Virus record (IMG/VR): IMGVR_UViG_3300030329_006012
Coordinates: 126,226-190,225 of that record
DNA: 64,000 bases
Direction: 5' to 3' (one strand)
From: a virus
Shown: positions 18,701-28,700 of the stretch, one piece after another
Position numbering within the stretch: position 1 is the stretch's first letter
Layout of the letters: each line of letters opens with the position of its first letter
Notes under the pieces: generated by a model
The model's database searches: none
Seen by the model: the letters and a program-made list of their open reading frames with translations, nothing else
Told to the model about the DNA's origin: nothing
Position numbers and translations under genes: made by a program

Positions 18701-21163
18701 ATGCAAACCACCTATCTAACAGTCCCCAATACAAAAGAAAACCTTGCCAAAGTCAAGCAAACCGTTGCCGAGCATATGGTTGAGAAATGCTTGACCGAAG
18801 AGCAGATCAGAGCCTATGCAGTTCAAGCCCTCGTTGATTCTTATGACGCTGGCCTGTATACCATTGGCTCATTGGCTCGCCTTGTTAAAGATACCCCTGC
18901 CGATGCAGGTTGCCGCATCCCGCAACCACAGGAAGCACTGTATTATGGCAGCATGCCAGGCTATCAAGGCAACGGCCCAGAATACTATTTCTACACTAAA
19001 TCCCACGAACCAGAATATAACTCACTTGAGGTAAAAGAAGAGGTGCGATAATGCAACTGAGCAAAGACGAAGTAACGAACGAAGTACAATCCACAATCCT
19101 TGGCGTGTTCTGTGAATTCTTTAAAGATGAGCTTGGCCAAGATAGCGGCAACCATATTCACGCAACCAAAGCAGACAACATTGTATGCGAAAACGTTGTA
19201 AACGCTGACGAAGATCCAGGTGAATGGAGCCGCGAAGCAATGACGATTATTTATCACGATGATCTGATGCCGTCTTACGGTGGTATTTTCCACATCGATT
19301 TGTGGGCAAAAGTCTCGGACGTCCTTGGTGATTATTATGTCGAACCAATTAACGGTGAAGTGTCTGCCGTCTATTCTTTATAGGAGCCTCGAATGAAATT
19401 AGAACCATTAGGTAAGAACCAAACTCGCGTTATTGTGCAAATCCCTGATGAGGAATTAGACCTCACTTGGGACAAGGATATTTATTTCTCTTATGGACAG
19501 CCCGTGTTGGTTGTGAACTATCGCAACGCAACCATCCACGAAAGCTGTGAGAGGTATTCCAAAACCACCAGCAAGCACCTCAATGCATTCAAGCGCATGT
19601 GCAATCGTTATGATGATCGCGGTGGTCCTATCGACCCTGCCGAATTGCATGGACGCGAATGGACAATTATTCAAGCGAATGAACACCGTATGCACACCGT
19701 TGCGGGAGAACGATAAAATGACTGAACACAAATACCCACCACTCTTTGCGCGTTATGAGTTGCGCGTTCTTATTCCCGATGCTGGCCCAACGGTCTGTGG
19801 CATCTACGAAACACTGGATGAAGCAATCGAGGCAAAGCAACTGAAGATGCGCTCTCAAAGCTATCCCGTGATCATCTATGACGCAGAAGAGGAGACACCC
19901 GTCTTGCCGGGAGTTAAAAAATAATGATTGAAGACTATATCAACCTAATAGCAGCATGGGCAAAGACTCGCGGCTATAGCGTGTTCGGCAAATGGGATGA
20001 GGATGCATTTTATGACAAAGACAAAGAAATCGTTTATAGTCTCAGGACTAAAGAGAAGAAGCATCAAATGTATTCCCTGCTCCACGAGTGTGGGCATGCG
20101 CTTGCGTTCGACAGCAAGAGTTACAAAGACAATTTCCCTAACCTTGCCGCCATCCGCTTTAAGACGAGTCGAGTTAGCAAGAGGCGAAATGTGGTTAAGT
20201 GCGAAACCATTGCAGAAGAATGGGACGCATGGAAGCGAGGCTTCAAGCTTGCAAGACGACTTGGCATTGAAGTAAACAAAGAAGACTATTTTGACTATGC
20301 ATCACGCAACGTGATGACTTATGTAAGGAGAATAAAATGACAGACTGGAATCGTAAATTAGTAATGGCTCACCTTTTTGATTTAACCTGCTGGTTCATCC
20401 TTGGGATCACCATCGGCCATTATTGTTTATAGGAGAACACTATGCGTAAATTCACTCAATCAATTCTAGGCAAAGGCGTCACGTTCACCAAGCTATGCAA
20501 GGTGCGTGACAAGCGAGGCCGTGTTGACTATGCTCGCAAAGACGTAGATGGCATCGTGGTAGAGAACGATGGCTACGTTGCAACCGTTCGCGGTTGGGAT
20601 GGCGTGTTGCACACCAACGTGGAAACGGCAGAACTCACAACATGGGCAGAGGCAGACCAGCCAACCCAAGACATGCCATGCTTAGACTAATCCTCATGGG
20701 CCTGTTCATCATTCTGGTGGCTGCCCACAATCGGCTTGAGTATAAGCACGAACTCTTAATGGAGTGCTACATACAATCAAGCTATTCACTTGCCGAGTGT
20801 ATTGCATTCGTTGCAACACTTTACTAACCAACCGCATCTCGCGGGAAAGAAAAAATAAAAATGAAAAACACAATTAGATATAACACAAAGACATTAGTAG
20901 ATAACAATAACATCATGTGGACCTTCGACTATGACAGAATAGATAACACTGTTACATTAGTAAGCGACTACTCAACCACTGGAACCTCAGCAGTCATTAG
21001 CCAGTATAGCATGGACAATGCAACAGGGCAAGACATCCCAGAGCAAATCCTTACCAGTGCCCAAGACATGATAGAGCAGGACGACACCAAATCAATGCTG
21101 GATAGTATCATTGAACGACATACTGATAGGCGGACTATACAGTACAAGCAAAATCGAGCGTAG
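18701..21163 (+). other. Second early-type array of small hypothetical genes
   Basis: ORFs 18701-19051, 19051-19383, 19393-19716, 19718-19924, 19924-20340, 20442-20690, 20678-20827, 20861-21163. Confidence 0.75.
19924..20340 (+). CDS. Zincin-like (HExxH) metallopeptidase-domain protein
   Basis: SLLHECGHALA and downstream EEWDAW. Confidence 0.6.
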   Translation: MIEDYINLIAAWAKTRGYSVFGKWDEDAFYDKDKEIVYSLRTKEKKHQMYSLLHECGHALAFDSKSYKDNFPNLAAIRFKTSRVSKRRNVVKCETIAEEWDAWKRGFKLARRLGIEVNKEDYFDYASRNVMTYVRRIK

Positions 21164-21182
21164 GGAAAGCAAAGGGGTTGCA

Positions 21183-21240
21183 GGGGGGTGCCCCCTACCC
21201 CCTACCCCCCCTACTCGGAAAGTAGGTGCTACGTAGGGTG
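21183..21240. repeat. G/C-run element (C5TA-C5TA-C7TA)
   Basis: Read directly; minus strand G7-TA-G5-TA-G5; CCTACT/AGTAGG hairpin. Confidence 0.8.
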
Positions 21241-21311
21241 GTGGTTTTCAAACTAAGTACATTCACGCTCTGCACCCCCAAAAAAATTCACAGAGAAAAA
21301 AAGGCTAGATT

Positions 21312-21530
21312 ATGGAAAACTCATTATACCACAAAGTGAAACAAGGTGACTTGGTAAAGTTCGAGAGTAACAACGAGCCCGATGGAATAGTGGGCATTAT
21401 GATGGATTGGTTCAACGGGTTTAGGGACTGGCCATATCCACCATACGGTGATGAGACAGTTATCGTATGTTGGGCAAACGGTGTGTCGGACTACACAAGA
21501 CGAAGAAAGCTAAAGAAGGTGACAGCATGA
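21312..21530 (+). CDS. Small SH3/KOW-like 'GDLV' protein
   Basis: VKQGDLVKF...VGIMM...VCW. Confidence 0.7.
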   Translation: MENSLYHKVKQGDLVKFESNNEPDGIVGIMMDWFNGFRDWPYPPYGDETVIVCWANGVSDYTRRRKLKKVTA

Positions 21531-22254
21531 AACTACAATTAATGGGTGATATATTCGCAGGACTCATCGCAGCATCGGTGTTCTTGTTTTCAGTATTGAT
21601 GCTTAAACCAGCCAAGAAGGAAGAAAAGGATGATGACGCCTAATTACATATATGAAGTGGAAGAGTCCTATAACTTGGATAACAATAATCGGAGCAGCAC
21701 TAGCACTAAAGATAGCTGCCGACTCGTTCGCTTTGTTCATGGAATGCATAACTTGCTCATCGCACACACTAATAGAGTGCATGATAATCGGAATACTTTA
21801 TTAAAATGAACTATGACTTAGAATTGTGGGCCGACATCTTTTCTGCATGTTGTGCAGGGGCTTCGTTTGTAATAATCGCATTGGTTCACAACCACATATA
21901 TAGGAACAAGAGATGAGAACATTACAATTTGCAGGAGTTGCTCTAGTTTTTGGAGTCTTAACAATTAAGACAATCCATGCTATAGTGAAAGACATGAGAA
22001 ACAAGTCAGAGAATGGTTATGATACTAGAAGAAATACTAATTTATAGCATTATCATGTCAACAAGTGCTATGGCTATTTATGTGATTGCAAAAAATGGCC
22101 GGAAAAAATAATGAGATTTGATGAGCTTCAAGATCTGTTGCTACTTATTGGCATGGCAGTTATCTTGAGCATAACGCTTATTCACTACCGACCTTGGAAG
22201 CGCGAACATGAGCTCAAAAAAGAAAAGGCTAGAGGCTCTAAAGGAAAGACGTGA
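21527..22254 (+). other. Run of micro membrane-protein ORFs
   Basis: 21527-21643 (38 aa), 21652-21804 (50 aa), 21806-21916 (36 aa), 21913-22047 (44 aa), 22111-22254 (47 aa), each with a hydrophobic segment. Confidence 0.55.
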
Positions 22255-22349
22255 GGAGTTGGTAAAGGAATATCAAAGGCTTGTGCTTGTGTTAAGTGGC
22301 ATGCAGGACCAAATCGCAGATATCGATGGCGATATAAGGATGCTAGAGA

Positions 22350-22577
22350 ATGAGCAAAAAAAGAAATCTACTTGAAGGGTACAAGCTAGTACCGTATTAT
22401 ACCTTCAAGAAGGGCGACCTAGTTAGGGTGAAAGATTTTGCAAGAGACATGGCAGGAATGCTTGGTGTCATTATTAGCAGAGAGGACTACAACACAGCAT
22501 GCAAGGTACTACTTAGTGATGGAAAGAAAAGAACAATAATGAAATTTTGTTTGGAGAGAGTTGATGCAGAGGAGTAA
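22350..22577 (+). CDS. Small SH3/KOW-like 'GDLV' protein
   Basis: FKKGDLVRVK...LGVII...CKVL. Confidence 0.7.
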   Translation: MSKKRNLLEGYKLVPYYTFKKGDLVRVKDFARDMAGMLGVIISREDYNTACKVLLSDGKKRTIMKFCLERVDAEE

Positions 22578-22580
22578 TAA

Positions 22581-22811
22581 ATGGCAGCAGAAAAAAATGC
22601 CGATTTTAAAATTGGAGATTTAATTAAAATCAAGGAGAATGCACACTTCGTTGAAGAGGAGTTCGTGGGCGCAGCAGGATTGATTGTGGCGTTTAACAAA
22701 ACGGGCTACCCCAAAGGGTTCAGCGGTCGTGCAAAGGACAGTGTGATGTACGTGGTGGCCGCACAGGGCCAGAATATCAAACTATTTGAAGATGAGATGG
22801 AGAAAATATAG
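22581..22811 (+). CDS. Small SH3/KOW-like protein
   Basis: FKIGDLIKIK...AGLIV...YVV. Confidence 0.7.
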   Translation: MAAEKNADFKIGDLIKIKENAHFVEEEFVGAAGLIVAFNKTGYPKGFSGRAKDSVMYVVAAQGQNIKLFEDEMEKI

Positions 22812-23053
22812 TGAATGAGCAAATTTTAGTGGGCGATTTCGTAGAAGTACACCTCAACACAGAGCTTGATGCTTTCAAGGGCGTCGTTTTGGAACTAAAC
22901 GACACGATGAGTTGGAAAGATGACGTTTGGTACAAGGTTCAACCGCTTTCACTCAAGAAAATGCCGGGAAATTTTTGGTATAGAGAGAACAAAGTGAAGA
23001 AATTGGCAGATAAAGCAGAATTTCTAGTGATCGACGGAGGAAACAGTGGCTAA
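22811..23053 (+). CDS. Small SH3/KOW-like protein
   Basis: LVGDFVEV...KGVVL...YKVQ. Confidence 0.65.
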   Translation: MNEQILVGDFVEVHLNTELDAFKGVVLELNDTMSWKDDVWYKVQPLSLKKMPGNFWYRENKVKKLADKAEFLVIDGGNSG

Positions 23054-23273
23054 ATATCCAGCAAAATATGATCTTGCGATAAAACCCAGAACATATAAGG
23101 ACGCAACATCCTATGGGCCACATGGATATACTGTTTTTCGGGTATTGACAGACTCTGCAAGCGATGTTTACAATTCACCAATAGCAGATTTTAAGAATCG
23201 CACCCATGCAGAGATATTTTTGAAGGCATTGAGGGCAGAAATCGAAAAAAAAGAGGCAGAAGACGGTGAGTGA
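23046..23273 (+). CDS. Hypothetical protein
   Basis: GGAGG SD, coupled ORF. Confidence 0.65.
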   Translation: MAKYPAKYDLAIKPRTYKDATSYGPHGYTVFRVLTDSASDVYNSPIADFKNRTHAEIFLKALRAEIEKKEAEDGE

Positions 23274-23601
23274 CTTCCCATTAACAGTTACAGACGCAGC
23301 TTTTGACGCTGCAAAGCTCGCACTAGATGAAAATGGCGGTGAAAACTCGTTCATTAGGGCAGCAATTCAGGGTGGCGGATGTTCAGGCTTGCAATATAAG
23401 CTTGACTTAGACACAGAACAGCGTGACGACGACTATGTTTGGGAAAAAGACGGCCTAAAAATGGTTGTTGATGGGTTTAGTGCGGTATATTTGCATGGAA
23501 CCGTCCTCGATTTCGTGACATCTTTCGCAGGACAAGGCTTTCAGTTCATAAATCCGAATGCAAAACGGAAATGTGGATGCGGAAGTTCATTTGGAGTATA
23601 G
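23266..23601 (+). CDS. iscA: A-type Fe-S carrier (HesB/IscA/ErpA family)
   Basis: GGGCSGLQY and NPNAKRKCGCGSSF. Confidence 0.93.
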   Translation: MSDFPLTVTDAAFDAAKLALDENGGENSFIRAAIQGGGCSGLQYKLDLDTEQRDDDYVWEKDGLKMVVDGFSAVYLHGTVLDFVTSFAGQGFQFINPNAKRKCGCGSSFGV

Positions 23602-23603
23602 GT

Positions 23604-24584
23604 ATGGCAAAGAAAAAGCAAGAAAAAGACAGATTGCCAAGGAATCCGCTGGTTCCAAAGCTAAATGATCACAAGAATCAAGTTTTTAAAGATAAAAAGA
23701 AAGAAAAAAGCAAGAATATTTGCAGAGAGAAGGTAAAGAACAATGAAGATGTATAGTGATTTTGAAGAATCAGTTATTTATTATGAAAAAGATGCTTTTG
23801 TTTACCAGTTAGTGAAGTGTAAGCAGGAGAGTGGCGAAGAGTTCTATGTTGTAAGAGACAAAGAAGACAATCCCATGTTAGCAAGCGTGGAAAAAGAACC
23901 AGCAATGACTTTCTTTTTTCATAAATGTAAAATTGCGGAAGGGAAAGAACCAGAACCAGAAAGTCATTAATTAGGGTGGGCCTTTGGCAGAAGATAATAC
24001 ATTTGAAGTAGAGATGGGAGATCTCGTTGACGTTATCAGCAACTACAAGGACATTATAGTTGCAACTGGTATATATCTTGGCCTAGATGCAAACGAACTT
24101 AAAATGAGGATTTTAGTTGATGATGGAAAAGTTAAGGAGTTTAGTACAACCTTCTACTACTTAGAGAGACTTTAAGATTTCGGGCGTAATATCAACAATG
24201 ATCCACTACCTAGACACTAACGTATATAAGCATCAAGACGAATGGTTTGAACAAGCTGCCAAGATATACATGATGTTACCAAAGAACACGGAATGGTTTG
24301 GTGACTGGGAGATTACTCAAACTAATGAAAGTCTCAGGTTCAGTGGTAAGTATTTTATATCCGAACACACTGAGAACCCCCAAGACGTAATTGACTTTAC
24401 GGTTATATTTTTTAAAGATGCCGAAAAACTTTTTAAGCTGCAGTTCAATGGAGTGAGATCACAACGCTTGGCAAAAAAGTATTATATTCGAGGGTATCTT
24501 GAAAACGAAGTGGTTGAAAGCATATATGGTCTCGGCGGAAATCCCGATTTTATTTATTCTCTTTCCCTTTGTGATATGTGGTAA
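23604..24584 (+). other. Four hypothetical genes (one GDLV-type)
   Basis: 23604-23756, 23749-23970, 23984-24175 (VEMGDLVDV), 24198-24584. Confidence 0.6.
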
Positions 24585-24605
24585 GAGGAAGAAAGGCATT
24601 TACTC

Positions 24606-24818
24606 ATGGTAAAATTTAAAAAAGGCGAATTGATTTCGTATAAGAGCACTTCTTCTAAGAAGCGTCTTGGTATTGTCATATCTGATCCATATCTGTCTAA
24701 GGCAGGGTGGAAAGTAAAAACATATTGTGATGGCACCATTTACAATAACAGCGTTGATAGCGTTGGGAGAGTCTGCGATGAAGTGGAACTTGTTAAGCCA
24801 TATCATACCGGGTATTAA
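24606..24818 (+). CDS. Small SH3/KOW-like protein
   Basis: FKKGELISY...LGIVI. Confidence 0.6.
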   Translation: MVKFKKGELISYKSTSSKKRLGIVISDPYLSKAGWKVKTYCDGTIYNNSVDSVGRVCDEVELVKPYHTGY

Positions 24819-25392
24819 AAAGTTTTTTATAATCCAATCGTATCGGTTTGTTTGTTTTGTTAAGTGGTGGTACACACTCACCATGAAACTTACAAAAATT
24901 CATTCTACGCAGGTGAGATACTACCAAACTTTTGAACAAATACCAAATGATTATGGATGGGGTAGGCGATATCGAAAAGACCCGTTAAATGGCAAGCTAG
25001 ACTATTTGACCCATCCGAGCAAATTGGCGCACAATGCAGCTAACGAATTGGAGTTTGGTGATTGCGATGACCATGCAATCTTTTGGTGCACTGCACTTTT
25101 AAAGAATGGCTTGGCCAAGAGAGCTTGGTTTTGTTTTTATAGCATGGAGGGCATAGATGATGGACGTATGTCTGCTCATGCCGTTTGCGTTTTTGAGCAT
25201 GCCGATAAGGATATGTTCTTTTGGTGCGATTACCAATTGCCAAGCTGCCTTGATGAGTTTCGAGACAAGTGGATGCAAAGGTCTGCCGACACTTTGAATG
25301 CTCGGCCTATAGTTGGTGCTATGATTGAAGTGAAGCATGTTACCGGTGATGACACTCCTGTTTTTGGAAAAATAACCATTTTAAAGAATTAG
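24727..25392 (+). CDS. Transglutaminase-like Cys protease-domain protein (start uncertain)
   Basis: GDCDDHAI, HAVCVF and a downstream WCD Asp give a Cys-His-Asp triad; start could be as late as 24883. Confidence 0.7.
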   Translation: MMAPFTITALIALGESAMKWNLLSHIIPGIKKFFIIQSYRFVCFVKWWYTLTMKLTKIHSTQVRYYQTFEQIPNDYGWGRRYRKDPLNGKLDYLTHPSKLAHNAANELEFGDCDDHAIFWCTALLKNGLAKRAWFCFYSMEGIDDGRMSAHAVCVFEHADKDMFFWCDYQLPSCLDEFRDKWMQRSADTLNARPIVGAMIEVKHVTGDDTPVFGKITILKN

Positions 25393-25454
25393 CTAATAAA
25401 AAAATTACGGCCAAGCGGTTTTAGGTTTTTATAAAAAAAATTTCCGTTCCGCTG

Positions 25455-25694
25455 TTGGGTGTATTAATTATAGTCATGCACCAAAGCTTTGATGAGTATG
25501 ACAAAATTTTCGCGCTGGGCGATATGGTTGAGCTTGATAATGGGATGCCTGAATTTGAAAGCATCGTGGGAGTGGGCATTGTCATCAAAGTTGAAGATGA
25601 TGATGTCATTGTCTTTTGGCAAAGCGATGTCTGGGCGTCTGGCCGGCGACAGAAAATGAAGACATGTGAAATAAGACACGCTCATCTTCTCTAA
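25455..25694 (+). CDS. Small SH3/KOW-like protein
   Basis: FALGDMVEL...VGIVI...VIVFW. Confidence 0.65.
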   Translation: MGVLIIVMHQSFDEYDKIFALGDMVELDNGMPEFESIVGVGIVIKVEDDDVIVFWQSDVWASGRRQKMKTCEIRHAHLL

Positions 25695-25710
25695 ACGACT
25701 ATTTATAGGC

Positions 25711-28700
25711 ATGGCTAAACAAACTAGAATACCTGAACTTGTTGTTGGTAAGATTTCTATTGACGATGGCACTGGCGATAACGTATATACCTTGGATGTT
25801 GATAATGCCGAAGGAACCCTCCGCATTGGCGATAACAAGAATGGTTCCGTTGCCACCATTAACCAAAATACTGGTCGTATCGAAGCCGCATCGTTTGCGG
25901 GAGATGGTTCGGGCCTAGAGAATCTTACCCTAGAAGACCTTGAAGAAATCAAGGGTGCCAAGCTCCTGACCTTAACTGCGAATAGTTTGTTTTTTAAGTT
26001 CGATGCTGGTGGTGATCCGACCCCAATCAGACAGGAAATTAATTTAATACCTCAAGTTCAAAACGTTGATGCACCCGTATATAAGTGGACCAGCGATGAT
26101 CCCACCTTCGTAATACCCCTTGGGCCCGGTGGCTCGATGGCAAAGATACGAGAAAGAGATTTTGGAGACCGCTCATCCCTCACCATTACTGTGGAGGTTG
26201 AAGACTTAGACCTCTGGGACACAGTAACGTTGATGAGAGTTTCAGACGGTGCACAGGGTGAGTCGGCTATACAGGTCGGCCTCACCAACGAGGTTCACAA
26301 CTTCGCAGCCACAAGTAACGGATTGGTTAATCCCGAAGATTATGCAACTGGCGGTACAGACATTATTGCTTATTATGGCACACAAAGATTACGCGCTGGT
26401 AAGCCCTCTTCAAAGAACGACGCATTTTCGCCCTTCTTCATTGTCGCCGCATTTTCCGAAGGTGCTGATGCTACTTACCCTGATGATGGATATGTTGTCT
26501 TTCCTGACAAGGATCACATAACCCCATCAAACGTACCCGGAGACGAAAAGTATATTGTGGCCGGCCCAACAAATCTTCGGGCAGCCGTTGGCACAGTTGT
26601 GTTTAGCATAAAGGCATATGTCGAAGAAGGGGCCGACCCGATCATAGTACAGAAGATCCAGTCCTTATCGAAGACGAGCGCCGGCGCAACAGGTGAAGAT
26701 TCTTTGGTTGTTAAGTTGACAGCAGATGATTATCAGTTTGCCTATGATTCAGAGGGTTCAAACCCCAAAGGAGGTGATGACAGTCGCGATCCTGCCTATA
26801 TTGTTTTTACGGCCACGCCACAAAATCACGGAGGGCTTGAGCAGTATAGGTGGTTTGTAGACGGAGAGCCTTGGGCCCCAGGCGATTCAGATTCTGGGGG
26901 ACGTGCATTGGACGCGGGACAGCAGCACGAATTTACAGACTCAGATAAGATAAGATTATACGCTGAGCCAAGCCACTCTGATTTTGGTGGCTCGAAGATC
27001 GTTAAAGTGGAAACTACAAAGACTGATGGAAGTTGTACGAACGATATATGTGCCACAGACGAACAGCCAGTTATTGCAACGAAGGATGGCTCAAATGCAA
27101 TACAGGTTGTCATGAGCAATGCGGCGCATGTATATAGTGCCGACAGTGACGGCCTTGTTGACGATCCTGCAAGTGGAGAAAATGAAATATGGGTGTACCA
27201 CGGAAACGATTTATTAAAACCAAACAGTGACGTCCAAGAAGAGAGCGATAACTTTGGTGGCACCGTGGGTGGTGATATAGATACCATTGAAGAGGCCATC
27301 GACACGTTGGGCCCCAAAGAATATTTTGTTGTTTGCAACGCTTCAGACTTTATAACATCAGAGGGGAGGTCAAGAAATACAATATCAGTAAACAACCCTA
27401 CCACCAACAACAATAGTATTACTTATGTGCCTGGAGCAATGCATGCAGAGACAAACCAAGCTGCTATCGTTTATACTATTTATTTAAAAGACCACTCTGG
27501 TGCAGCTGCTTCAATAATTCAAACACAAACACTGGCTCGCAGTAAGCAGGGTTCGCCGGGAACTCCAGGAGCTCACGGAACAGATGGCGCCGGCGCCAAG
27601 GTTGTTAAGCTAACATCTAACGATTATCAATTCGCCTATGACGAAAACGGCGGTAATCCGAAAACTGGTTTCGGTGGAAACGGCACGATATCCCTTAAAG
27701 CAAAAACCCAAGGACACCAACAAAACAATCTGTTGTGCAGGTTCATGTATAATGGCGCACCGCTGGCACCATCGCTCGAAAACAGAAGCGACGTCAACTC
27801 CCCTTGGTTTCCAGAAGGCTGGTTTATTGCCAACGCTACAACGGTTGATGACGGTGTTATACATCGGTATCACAGCCTGTCTGTGGATTGGGGCGATGTC
27901 TCCTATGACGAGTTTGGCAAAAAAAGAACGATAGAGGTTCAGACTTTGGAGGTTGGCCTGACAACAGATCGGTTGGCGATTGACGAAACTGATGAAAACG
28001 GAGATGTGCTGACGTGGGATGATGTCAAGGATCGTGCCCACTCTGCGGTTGACAGCATTTCGATCATTGCCACCAAGGAGGGGTCGAATGCACTTGAGGT
28101 CGTGGCAGACAATTTAAGCCATGCGTTTGTTGCCGACAATGATGGCACTGTAACTGACTTCACTGGTGGCGGTATTAAATTCGAGGCATATATAGGAAAT
28201 ACGCCTCTTAAAAAGTGGAATGAGGCTGACGGCCTGACAGCGTTTCTGGAGGCAACTGGCGTAACAGACACTTTCTTTGTGACCAGTGGAGGCACATCGG
28301 ATGGCATTAGTATCGCAAACAGAGTGCCCTGGCAATTTGGGGATACCGTATCTGCCTGGGAGACGCTTCAGTCCTTTAGCAAATACTACAACACAGGATA
28401 TATAGATTGGAAGATACACGCAAGAGACAGCACTGGGGAGTTACGCCCTACCAGAACCCTAACCCAAACATTTACGAAATCAAAAGCCGGGAGCAATGCG
28501 CCCCTTGTGAGGCTTACCTCAACCTCTAATATTTTCTCTTTCGAAGATGCCTATGACTGGACGGCTAGTCCAGAAACCATCACGTTCTATCCCACGGCAC
28601 AGAACCTTGATGGAGAGATTAAAGAAGGAGATATAACGTTCTGGAAAAACGATGTTGACGTTAGTGATAAAATTAAAAACTATGATCAAGACGGTACCGC

